Assembly (NCBI GenBank): GCA_965240325.2
Contig: OZ251229.1
Span: 62,001-126,000 of the forward strand
Length of the DNA: 64,000 nucleotides
Direction of reading: 5' to 3'
From: Rebecca billardiae RCC1528
Taxonomy: Eukaryota > Protista > Haptophyta
Of the stretch, positions 1 through 10,441 are shown piece after piece; within the stretch, counting starts at the first letter, position 1, and each line of letters opens with the position of its first letter. Below the pieces are notes generated by a model, which saw only the letters and a list, made by a program, of their open reading frames with translations, was not told the DNA's origin and did no database searches. The translations under genes were made by a program, and so were the position numbers.

Positions 1-643
1 CGCAGCAGCGCGGGCACGCGCACGCAGCCGGGCACCGACACGCGCGCGAGGTCGTTGCGCACGAGGTCGGCGATCATCAGGTTCTCCGCGCGCTCCTTGG
101 CGGACGCGCCGAGCGCCAGCGCCAGCAGCCGGTCGGCGCCGCGCGTCGCCCCGCGCGGCGCGGTCCCCTTGATGGGCTTGGACTCGGCGAGCAGCACGCG
201 GCCGGAGAGGCAGCCGGGCGCGGGCGGCGCGGACGCGTCGGCGCCGAACGGCACGCCCTCGTCGTCCACCAGCTCCTTCGCCGCCGCCTCCGCCGTGCGC
301 GCGCACACGCGCAGCAGCCGCTCGGGCGACGAGCAGCACACGGCGAGCGCGGGCGCGCGCGGGGGCAGCGCGGGCGCGCGCGCGCAGCCCTCGAGCGCGC
401 CCGCGGGGTCGACGCGGTAGAAGGCGCCGTTGGGCGCGGGGTTGGTGGCGCGCAGCGTGAGGTACAGCGCGAGCGGCGGCAGCGCCCCGCCGCCCCGCCG
501 CTGCGGCGCCTCCGCCCTGAGCTGCTGCGTGAGGCACAGCTCGTACGACTCGCCCGCGCGGATCGCGCCCAGGCACGCGCGCACGGCGCGCACGTACGCC
601 TGCACGCCCTGCGCGGGCACGAAGCGCGCGGCGGGCGCGCACG

Positions 644-675
<32 letters not shown>

Positions 676-2675
676 GGCGGCGGCGGCGGCGCAGGCGCCG
701 TCGCTGCCGCCGCCGCCGCCGCCGCCGCGCGCGCGCGCGGGTCGAGCGGCTGCACGCCGTGCGCGCGCAGGTAGGCCGCGGCCGCGCCGCCGCTGCCGCG
801 CACGGCCGCGCGCGTGGCCGCGCGCCAGCGCGCCGCCTCGGCCGCGTCGGCCGCGCACGCGCCGCCGCCCTCGGCGGCGCGCACGAGGTGGCAGAGGTAC
901 AGCGAGCCGCTGTCGTGGTCGAGCGCCACGAAGCGGTCGGCGAACACCATGCACACGTCGGGCACGTGCGGCGCGCGCGCGGGCGGGGCCGCAGCCGCGC
1001 TCGCGCCGCCGCCGGCGCCGCCGCGCGCGTCGGCTCGCGCGCCGTGCGCGAGCGCCGGGTCGTGCCGCGCCTCGTACCCGACGTAGCCGACGTAGCCGCC
1101 GCGCAGGGCGTCCCACGGCAGGGCGGTGGGCGCGCCGTCGTCCCAGCCGCGCACGTCGCGCGCCTCGTCCAGCGCGTACGCGCCCAGCGCCGCGCGCGCC
1201 ACGCCGAGCACGCCCTCCGCGCCCGCGCGCACCGCGCCGCGCGCGCCCCCGCCGGCGCACGCGCACGCGCACCGCACGCCGCCGCCGCCGCCGCCGCTGC
1301 CGCTCGCGCAGAGCACGCACACGGGCGCGGCCGGCGCGCAGTCGAGCGCGAGCACGTGCGCCAGCGGGCCGCCCAGCCCGCCCGCGAATGAAAAGCGCGC
1401 CGCCATCGCGCCCGCCGTGTCCGCGGGCGGGAGCTCGGCGTCTGCGGCCGCGCGCCCGGCCGGCGCCGCCGCCGCCGCCGCCGCGCCGCCGCGCGGCTCG
1501 GCGGCGCGCGAGCTCGAGTCGAGCCACCACGCGACGCGCTCGTGCGCGTGCAGCGCGACGAACGCGTCGGCCAGGTCCGCCGGCGGCGGGCCGTCCGCGT
1601 CGCCCTCGGCCCAGCGGTCGACGAGCAGCAGCACGCGCTGCGCCCCAGCGCGCTGCGCCCCAGCGCGCTGCGCCCCAGCGCGCTGCGCCCCAGCGCGCGC
1701 GCCACCAGAGGCGCGACCGGAGCGCGCGGCGGCGCCGGCCGGCGGCGGCGGCGCGCGCGCCGCGCCGTCCGCCGCGCACTCCGCGCACGGCGCGTCCGAC
1801 GCGGCGCGGTCGGGCTGGCTCGGCGTCGGGCGCGGCGCGGGCAGCGCGCGCGGCGGCGCGTGCGCGCGCGTGCGCGGCGCGTGTTGCGCCGCAAAGTTGC
1901 GCAGCATCGCGTGGCCGTGCTCCGAGTGCACGGACTCGGGGTGGAACTGCATGCCGTACAGCGGCAGCGCGCAGTGCTCGACCGCCATCACCGTGCCGTC
2001 CGAGGCGAGCGCGACGGCGCGCAGGCACGGCGGCAGCGACGCTTTCTCGATCTCGAGCGAGTGGTACCGCACGACTGTGAACTCGTGGGGCACGCCTCTG
2101 AGCAGCGCGCTGCTGCCGTCGTGCCGCACGCGCTCGAGCATGCCGTGCCTCGGGCCCACCGCCGCGCGCAGCACGCGCGCGCCGCAGTGCACGCCGATCC
2201 CCTGGTGGCCGAGGCACACGCCGAGGATGGGCACGCCCGCGCAGCGCAGCGCGTGCGCGCACAGCCCAAAGTCGGCCGCGCGCGCCGGGTGGCCCGGGCC
2301 GGGCGAGAGCACGACGCGCTCGAACGGGCCGAGCGCGCGCAGCACGCCCGCCCAGTCGGCGTACGCGTCGTTGGTGACGACGATCGTCTCGCCAAAGTGC
2401 GCCGCCTCGACGCAGAGCATGTGGTACAGGTTGTACGTGAACGAGTCGTAGTTGTCGATCAGCAGCGTGCGCCCCGCCGACGGCCGCTCCGCACGCGCGC
2501 GCGCGACGGCCACGCCCTCGGGCGCCGCGCGGCGCGCGGGCGACACGGCGTCGGCGTACGAGCAGACCGTCGCCACGGGCGCGCGGCCGCCCGCCGGCGC
2601 GTCTCCCGCGCCCGGCGCGGGCGAGGCGCCCTCGGCCGGCCGGGCGTCGCCCCTACTCACGAGGAGCATCGTCAT
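1..2675 (-). CDS. pabAB: Bifunctional aminodeoxychorismate (PABA) synthase, PabA-PabB fusion; 3' end runs off the window start
   Basis: Minus-strand frame from ATG 2675 reads LLIDNYDSFTYN, VVLSPGPGHP, ILGVCLGHQG, VVRYHSL and GMQFHPES (class I GATase), then GYVGYVGYE, IRAGESYELCLT, PIKGT and ERAENLMIADLVRNDL (chorismate-binding domain). Absent from the ORF track because no stop lies in the window. Confidence 0.93.
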
Positions 2676-3171
2676 GAAGCATCCACCACGTTCGTCAGCC
2701 GTCCGGCCACACGAGTCCCCCCGGACCCAGGCTGCACCGCGCCACGCCGCGCGGGCGGGAGTCTCGTCTGTCCGAGACTCCTCCCGGGCCTCTCGATCGC
2801 CTGCTTGCAAGCGTTAATAAGCCAAACCAAAGGTCCCTTGATTCCTTTGGTTTCCCAGGCGGACCAGGAGGCCAAGATGAGAAAATCTCGGTGGCTCAGA
2901 AAAAAATCGTCTACTCGATCTTCATCGGCAGTCACTACTGCCGCCCTGCTAGGTATTATGAAGGCGTTACCTGTCACACACGTAGCGCCAGCCGCCGCCA
3001 GCAAGCCAGCTGAGCAGAGCGGCAAGCGCGCACGCGTCCCGCGCAGGGCACACGGCCGGGGACGACTACATCAAGCTAGCTGGCATGATCCCAGTGACGT
3101 CCCGGCGGGGCAGGAACGGTGTGGCAACTGATGAGTTTACCCGCCCCTTCCCTCGGCCCTCCCCCGGGCCG

Positions 3172-3699
3172 TCAGTGCGTCCACGGCGCCATGCCCTTCT
3201 CGTCGAGCGGGATGTTCACGCCGGGCGGGATCTCCGCGCGCCGCACGCTCCACACGTCCACCGCCTCCGCGCCGTACCCCTGCCCGCCGCCCAGCGAGGG
3301 GATGGGCCGCTGCCCAAAGTCGAACTCGGCAAACACGTGCGCCACGCCGCCCTGCAGCTGCACGGCCTCGGCGGACTCGTCGGCGAAGAGCTCGACCCAG
3401 CCCGCGTCCGACGGCGCGTCGTCGTCCTCCGCGACCCGCGCGACCAGCGGCTGCACGTACAGCGTGCAGCCCGTGGTGGCGAGCACCGCGCCGCAGCTGA
3501 GGCCGCGCGCGCCCATCTGCGCCACCACCACGTCGCCCTCGGCCACGTCGTGCACGTCGAGCTCGAGGCGCAACCGGACGCGCGGCACGCGCGCGGACGC
3601 CGCGAGCCGCGCGCCGCGCGCGTGCAGCGCGCCCACGCCGCGGCCGGCGCCGCCGGCGAGGAGCGCGACGAGCAGCGCGCGCAGGCTGGGGTCCGCCAT
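3172..3699 (-). CDS. Hypothetical protein with signal peptide and probable plastid transit peptide
   Basis: 175 aa ORF with ATG start, hydrophobic LLVALLAGG, an Arg/Ala-rich transit-like segment and an acidic globular region with normal coding composition. Confidence 0.7.
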   Translation of the reverse strand: MADPSLRALLVALLAGGAGRGVGALHARGARLAASARVPRVRLRLELDVHDVAEGDVVVAQMGARGLSCGAVLATTGCTLYVQPLVARVAEDDDAPSDAGWVELFADESAEAVQLQGGVAHVFAEFDFGQRPIPSLGGGQGYGAEAVDVWSVRRAEIPPGVNIPLDEKGMAPWTH

Positions 3700-3837
3700 G
3701 CTGATTGATCAGCCTTTGAATCGACAGTTTGACCAAAGGATGAAAGGAATGAAGTTTGACGAGCTATTTGCCTATTTCGGTATTTCCCATTTGAGTACAC
3801 GGATTGCCGACGGGACCACCGGCCGGGCGCTGAGCGA

Positions 3838-5051
3838 ATGGGCGCGCAGCCGAGCTCGCAGCCGCCGGCCGCGGCCGCGGCGGCGGCGGCGGCGTACCCG
3901 CACGTGGCCGCGGTGTTCGACGTGGTGGCCAACGACCCCGCGTGGCGCTTGCCCCTGCTGCGCTTCATCGACGAGCACGCCGCGCTCTTCGCCGACGAGG
4001 GCGCCGAGCCGGGCGGCGAGCGTCCGCACGGGCAGCAGCTGGTGCACGCCGTGTACGTGCGCATGTACGAGGGCCAGCTCGAGGCGGCGCTGAAGCGCGC
4101 GCGCTGCTCGCACGAGGCGTTCGCGGCCGAGCTCGGCGCCGCGCGCGACGCGGGCGTGCCCGAGGCCTCCGTGCTCCTCGACCTGATCGGCGGCGCGGCC
4201 GATCTGCGCGCGTTTGCCAGCCTGATGGCGGCGCGGCACGCGCAGCTGCTTCGCGCGCACGCGCACGGGGAGGGCGCGCCCGCCGGCGAGGGGCCGCTCC
4301 CCGGGCTCGCGCCACCGCGCGCCGCGCCGCCCCGCGCCGCCCCCGACGCCGGCGCCGAGGACGCGCCCTTTGGCTGGCTCGCGGCCGTGCCCGCGGCGGC
4401 GGGCGTGGCGGGTGCGGTGCTCGCGGGCGCGCTCGTGGGCGGCGCGCACGCGGCGGGCGCCGCGGCCGCGCGCGAGGCGGGCGCCGGGCACGGCGCGCGC
4501 GGCGCGGCCGCGGCCGCCGTGCGCGAGGGTGCCGCCGCCGCCGTGCGCGACGGCGCCGCCGCCGCCGCGCGCGCCGCGTGCCGCCGCGCGCCGCTGCCGC
4601 CGGCCGCGCCCTCGCAGCAGCCGGCCGCGCCCGCGCCCGCGCCCCGGCCGGGCGCGCACGCACCCGCAGCGGCGGCGGCGCTGCCGCCCCGGACGGCCGA
4701 GGCCGAGGCGCGTGGGCCCGCCCACCCGGCGTCGCCCGCGCCCGCGCCCGCGCTGGCACCCGCACCGCCGCCGCCCCCAACTGGCCTTGGCGGCCACCCT
4801 GGCCCTGGCGGCGCGGGCGCGCCGATCGCGGCAGCTGCGGCCGCGCCGCCGCCCGAGCCCGCCGGCTCGCGCGCGCGCGCCGCGCCCGGCGCCTCGGAGT
4901 CGGAGCGGTACCGCGAGGAGGAGCGCGGGGCGGGGGCGCGGCCGCTGCCGTGCTCGCCCAGGCAGCACAGCGAGGCGGACGTGGCGCACGCCGCCGCGAT
5001 GCGCAGGCTGGAGCGCATGGCGCAGGCTGCCAAGCAGCAGCCGCAGCCGCA

Positions 5052-5083
<32 letters not shown>

Positions 5084-5307
5084 CGGTGTCGGCCGAGGCC
5101 GCGGCCGCAGCCGAGCACGCGGCGGCGCTCGCCGAGGCTCGCGCCGCCGCCGCGCGCTCGGCGGCGCTGGCCGAGCGCGCGAGCGCGCTCCTCGCCAGCA
5201 GGCGGACGGCAGCGAGCGCGGGTGCGCCCGCTGCCGAGGGGGCGGGCGCGGTGTCCGCAGACGCGTGGGTGGACGAGCTGCTGAGGGAGATCGACACGCT
5301 GCTCTGA
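3838..5307 (+). CDS. BART (ARL2/ARL3-binding) domain protein, CFAP36-like
   Basis: N-terminal WRLPLLRFIDEHAALF...VHAVYVRMYEGQLEAAL...DLRAFASLMAARHAQL resembles the BART domain; low-complexity Ala/Pro C-terminus. Confidence 0.72.
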
Positions 5308-5581
5308 GCAGCAGCTCGGAGCGCAGCAGCAGCAGACACATCTGCTGATGACAGTATACAAAGTCTCGCGATCGTCTGCTAGCTGCTACACGATCGCGTC
5401 GTCGGCGTCGTCTGCTAGCTGCTGGTACTACTGGTACTCGACCTCGTACAATCCCGAATCCGGACTCCGGTGACACCGACTCACACCGAGTCCGAGAGGC
5501 CCGTAGTCAGCAGCAGCAGCAGAAGTGACAGTAGCAGCCGAGTATATAACCGCGCCGCGTAATATATATGGTGGCGGTGTC

Positions 5582-6889
5582 TCACAACGGTGCCATAGTC
5601 GTGGAATAATAAGCAGCAGCCGTCGTCGTCGACCTCGTCGCCCACGCGCACGCGCACGCGAGCAGGGCGCCCAGCGCGGCCCAGCACGCCAGCCGCCGCC
5701 ACGCTGAGCTCGCCGCCGCGTGGCCGGACGCGCCGCTCGCCGCTCCGCCGCGCCCTCCGCGCGTCAACGGCGCGTCGCCTGCGTGCGCGGCAGCACGCGC
5801 GGTGCGCGCGGGGGCGCGCGGCGCAGCCGCTCGCGACTCTCGCGCGCCCGCCGCCGCCGCGCCGCCGCCGCCGCCGCCGTCCGAGCGCGCGCGCGGCGGC
5901 GCGCGCACCTCGCGGCCGGCCGGCCCGACGGCGCCCTCGACGCCGCCCTCGCCGTCGATCACGCCGCCCACCCACTTGGACACCTCCCTCGCCAGCCGGC
6001 GGTTCTGCTGCTGGCTCTGCGCCCTTCGCCGCGCCACCTCGCGCCCGAGCGCCGCCCACTCCGCCTCGGCGGCGCCCGCCGCGCGCGCGAGCCGCAGCCC
6101 GCGGCCGCACGCGGCCTGCGCGCCGCCGTAGTTGGAGCGGCCGAGCTCGGCGCGCGCGAGGACGTACAGCGCCTTGAGCGCCAGCCCGCGCCGCGCCTCC
6201 GCCTCCTCCACGTGCGCCGCGCAGCACAGCGCGCGCTCGGCCCACGCGACGGGCTCGAGGCGCTGCCCCCTGCGCGTTGCCGTGCGCGCGAGGTTTGTGT
6301 ACAGCTGCGCGCGCAGCAGTGCGCAGCGGCCCACGCCGATCAGCGCGCGCGCGGGGAGGCGCGCCTCCTCGTCCTCGGCGGCGGGCCCGGCCTCACCCTC
6401 CGCGCCGTCCGCCTCCGCGTCGACGTACAGCACGTCGACGAGCTCGCCCGCGTCCGCGGTGAGCACGAGCGCGGCGCGCACGTGCTCGGCGCCGCGCCCG
6501 CCCTCGCCTCCGCCCGCCTCGGCGCCAAAGCCCGGGCGGACGAGGACGCGCGCGCCGGCGGAGAGCGCGGGCGGCTCGCAGGCGCGCAGGGCGCGCGTGT
6601 ACGCCTCCATCGCCGCGTCGTAGTCCCCCCTGCGGAAGAGCACGTTCCCCTCCTCCTTGCGCTGCTCCGCGGAGGGCGCGGGCCGCGGCTGTAGCTCAAA
6701 GGGCTCGAGCGGCTCGACGCGGCACAGGGGGAGGCGCAGCTCGGCGCCGTCGGCGTCGAGGAGCGCGTCGACCTCGGCCGCGTCCACCGTGAGGAGCGTC
6801 GCGCGCGCCGCGCGCCCGTCGTCCAGCCGCACGCGCACACGCGCGCCCACTTGCGCGAGCGCGGCGGCGGGCGACGCGTCGGCAGACAT
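5582..6889 (-). CDS. TPR-repeat protein with C-terminal hydrophobic anchor
   Basis: RKEEGNVLFRRGDYDAAMEAYTRAL, LYTNLA and KALYVLARAEL are TPR helices; hydrophobic segment LACWAALGALLACACAW near the C-terminus. Confidence 0.8.
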   Translation of the reverse strand: MSADASPAAALAQVGARVRVRLDDGRAARATLLTVDAAEVDALLDADGAELRLPLCRVEPLEPFELQPRPAPSAEQRKEEGNVLFRRGDYDAAMEAYTRALRACEPPALSAGARVLVRPGFGAEAGGGEGGRGAEHVRAALVLTADAGELVDVLYVDAEADGAEGEAGPAAEDEEARLPARALIGVGRCALLRAQLYTNLARTATRRGQRLEPVAWAERALCCAAHVEEAEARRGLALKALYVLARAELGRSNYGGAQAACGRGLRLARAAGAAEAEWAALGREVARRRAQSQQQNRRLAREVSKWVGGVIDGEGGVEGAVGPAGREVRAPPRARSDGGGGGGAAAAGARESRAAAPRAPARTARAAAHAGDAPLTRGGRGGAASGASGHAAASSAWRRLACWAALGALLACACAWATRSTTTAAAYYSTTMAPL

Positions 6890-6979
6890 TGCTGACGCGC
6901 CAGTTCACAGGAGGCAAGGTCATGCTGGGACGGTCGTTACCCCGGCCTGCCTGCCATCGTGCGCGCAACCCTTCGAACG

Positions 6980-8131
6980 ATGGGGGGGCCGTTGCGCTGC
7001 GGGGGACGACATGCGCTCCTCGCCTCGCTCGCGGTGGCGCTCGCTCGCGTGACGCTGGCGACGACGCCGTCGCCGCCGCCGCCAAGCCCACCGCCGGTGC
7101 CCCCACCGCCGCGCCCGCCGCCGTCGCCGAGCCCGCCGCCGAGCCCGCCCGCGCCGCCGCCGGGCGTGCGTCTCGTCCTCTTCTTCACACTCGCACGCGC
7201 CGACGTGCGCGCGCTCGCCGACGACGCGGGCGCGGGCGCCAACTTCACGTCGGGCGTCGCGTCGTACATCGGCGTGTCCGACACGTGGGCGCGCCTCGTG
7301 TACACGGGCAACACGCAGCTGCGCGTCGCCGTGTTTGACCTTGCCGCCAACGGGGTGAACGTCGAGGCGCGCATGCGCGCGCCCGACCTCGGCGCGCTCT
7401 CCGCCGCGCTCGGCTACGCGGTGCTCGACGCGGGCGTGCTGTACGACTCGCCGCGCCCGCCGCCGCCCGCCAGCCCGCCCCCGCCGCCCAACACCGCGCC
7501 CGTCAGCGTGGACGCCTCGGTGTCGGACGTGCCGGTGGACGGCAGCGTGGCGCCGTGGGAGGTGGGCGTGCCGATCGCGGTCAGCGTGCTGCTGCTGTGC
7601 TGCGGCGTCGGCCTGCTGCTCTACTACGCGCGCAGGACACGCCGCAGCCGCGTGCAGCCGGACAAGGGCGGCGCCGCGCAGGACGCGCAGGAGGGGCTGC
7701 AGGCGGATGTGTGGCGCGCGGAGGACGACGAGCCCACAGCGCAGGCGGCGCAGGCGGACGTGTGGCGCGCGGAGGACGACGAGGAGGAGCACGCCGCCGC
7801 CGATGCGGAGCCACCGCAGCCGGAGCGCGCACAGCCCGCGCCTCCCGAGGGCCGGAAGCGCGGCGGCTTTGGCTTCTTCAGCGCACTCGGCCGGCGCGGC
7901 GGGGGCGGCAGCAGGGCTGCCGCAGGCCGCGTCGTGCCCACGTCGACCGCGGCGGCATCCGCGGGCCCCGAGCTCGCGCGCGCGCACGACGACGGTGCCG
8001 GCGAGCCCGAGCGCGGCGGGGACGAGGGTGGCGAGGGTGACGAGGAGGCGTTCGTGGACGACGAGATCCCGATGGCGGCCGCCTCGCTCCTGCGGCGCCC
8101 CTCGCAGGCGCACCCGCCGCCCGAAAGCTAG
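6980..8131 (+). CDS. Type I membrane protein with Pro-rich (extensin-like) ectodomain
   Basis: Signal peptide ALLASLAVALARVTLA, SPPPP repeats, one TM helix (VGVPIAVSVLLLCCGVGLLLYY-ARR) and an acidic tail with duplicated QADVWRAEDDE. Confidence 0.75.
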   Translation: MGGPLRCGGRHALLASLAVALARVTLATTPSPPPPSPPPVPPPPRPPPSPSPPPSPPAPPPGVRLVLFFTLARADVRALADDAGAGANFTSGVASYIGVSDTWARLVYTGNTQLRVAVFDLAANGVNVEARMRAPDLGALSAALGYAVLDAGVLYDSPRPPPPASPPPPPNTAPVSVDASVSDVPVDGSVAPWEVGVPIAVSVLLLCCGVGLLLYYARRTRRSRVQPDKGGAAQDAQEGLQADVWRAEDDEPTAQAAQADVWRAEDDEEEHAAADAEPPQPERAQPAPPEGRKRGGFGFFSALGRRGGGGSRAAAGRVVPTSTAAASAGPELARAHDDGAGEPERGGDEGGEGDEEAFVDDEIPMAAASLLRRPSQAHPPPES

Positions 8132-8289
8132 GGGCAAGCATGCTCAGCGCACGCGTCGCGCGTCGGCGCGCCGACGGGCTCGGCGTGCTGGCGGACCGGA
8201 TGGCCGAGCTGCAAGTTATATATACGCGATCTCGAGTAATTCTAGCCGTCAAAACCCCATTACTACCGCGTATAGTCGGTATACCGAAA

Positions 8290-10390
8290 CAGACCCCCAG
8301 TTCTGTAGTCAGTAGTGCTGAACCATCATCAGTCGGTGCAAATTCGGCGGCACTGAATGCGTGCAGCATAGAGTAGGGCAGAGTAGGCGAGGGGATGACT
8401 GCGGCCACATGGTCCCCAGTGAGCGCTACAGGCAATCGCGGGCAATAACAGATCGAAGTCAGAGATCTCACGGCTAGTCTCGGTTTCTTAGCCGTTCGGT
8501 AGCCCGAGCGCCTACGGAGGATCTCATCAGTTTCTGCTTAGCTCGGTCCGCCCGCCGCGCAGGCGCGGGGGGCGCAGGGGGGCCGAGAGCCCCCCGCTGA
8601 GTCTTTAGGCCCGGCCGGCCAGGCCGAAGAAAATTTTGGGCCATTTATTTGGAGCAAATCTGATGGCATGATGTTGCATGGATGCTGCGGTGCAGTGGCC
8701 AGGGGCAGGAGTCAGTCCGACCAGGAGAAGTCCGGGACTTGGCCTGTACTCGTAGTCGGGCCGCGCGCCGCGTCCCACGGGCACTGCGCCGGCTCGGCGG
8801 ACCACTCGTCACTGTCAGCCGCGACGACGTAGTCCCGGTTTCTTAGTGTGACTATGCGTATAGCGAACCAGCCAATCGCTAGTCTCAGTTTCTAGGCTAG
8901 ATCGATCCGCAGATAGCAAGCCCCAGTTTCTTAACGTGACAGCTCCTTATTGCCCGCGATTGCCTGTAGATGCCCCACGCATGGGCGCTGGCGCGCCGCG
9001 AGGCGGCCGCAGCCCTCATCCAGGCCTCGCAGGCGGACGGCTGAACGAATTTTTCCGGCGGCGCTACCATCGGCGACGGCTTCATGGGCGGTGACAGTTG
9101 GCGGGCGTCAATCTCGCCTGCCTGAGCTGTGTGCGTCTCTTATTCTTAGTAAACTGTAGGCGCTTCAGAAAGCCCAGTACTGTACTACATAGTAGCGCCA
9201 CCGCCAACTCCGCCTCCGTCGGCCGTGAGCCCGCCATTTTTGTGACTCATTTGAGAGCAGATCTGGGGTTTCAGTCTTTCAGAGCAAAAATCGGATGTTT
9301 CTGGCATCTAGCCGCCGAACAAAACCGCTCGTCGTGGCCGAAGCTTCCATCGGACAACCCGCCAAGACGTGGGGAATCGACGACCAAGCCAGGCCGATGC
9401 CTCGCCGCTCGCCGAGCGACGCATGGCTGCCAAACGTCAACACAACCCAGCACTTTGTGTGCTTGGGCACAGGAGAGGCGGCCGCGAGCCGGGCAACCCC
9501 TGACGGCGTTGGGAGCGACGGTGGATGGAGCGCATGGGCACCCAGGCTCAAGAAGATGATGACGTGAAGCGGGGGTGATCGTCTGCAGCTGCTCCGAGTG
9601 CTCATCCACACACCGGCGGTACGCGTCGCGCCGGCGGGATGTTGCGGCGCGTCATGGATAAGGATGGACACACGGCGGCGATTCGCGAGACGGGGGTGAT
9701 TGGTAGCGCTGGTTATCTCGGCTGTGACGCAGGGCTCTGTCTCAGCCGCCGATGTACCATGGCAGCTCGCGCGATCAAGGTGTCGGGCACACCGGCGGGA
9801 CGGCATACGCACGACAGGATGCGCTCGCGCGCACAACAGTGGTGCCTGGCTGATCGACGACCCAGACTCGAACGCCGACGCTGGGGCGATGGGTCGGCTA
9901 CTTGTGACCGTGTAAGCGATCGAGGTCGAGATCGCAAACATGTGCCCATCCGAAGCAGCGACGTGAGCGTCGGCGTGCCCGACGACTGCCACCGTGAACG
10001 AGCAACGTCGCAAGCTACACACGTGTCGCAACCGTGAGGTATGACGAGCAGCCTATGGTGTCGATTCCGCGCAGGAGCCGTGCGAGCACATTGGGATACA
10101 CTTGCGGTACGCCCAGGATGGCTTCGATGGCGAAAGGGAAGCAGTGGCAGCCCTCCTGAGCCTGATCACTGCGTTTTTGCAGCATACGCACAATATGGGG
10201 GTCCTTTCGGACACGTGCACGCGCGCGCGCGCGAGAGCGGCTGGAGCGGTGACGCCGGTGGGCTCGGGCGCCAACGCCCCAGGCACATATGTGGGGTGAT
10301 GTACCCAGGCTCTCTATCATCGAGCCACTTAGCTTGGTCCCAGGACCTTTATTCAGACTGACGCTAGGCTGAAAACGGTAGTCGCTAATA
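8290..10390. other. Lower-GC non-genic interval, probably a decayed transposon
   Basis: Composition shift, no credible ORF, recurring motif AGYCYCRGTTTCT(T)AR at 8476, 8831, 8881 and 8919; ends at a (TA)-rich tract. No TIR/TSD pair found. Confidence 0.35.
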
Positions 10391-10441
10391 TAATTATTAT
10401 ATATATATATATAATATATATAACAATACTATCTACAATAA

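Noticed and set aside
9193-10387. Possible TAGCG...CGCTA TIR pair
   Set aside because: The match is weak and there is no target-site duplication.
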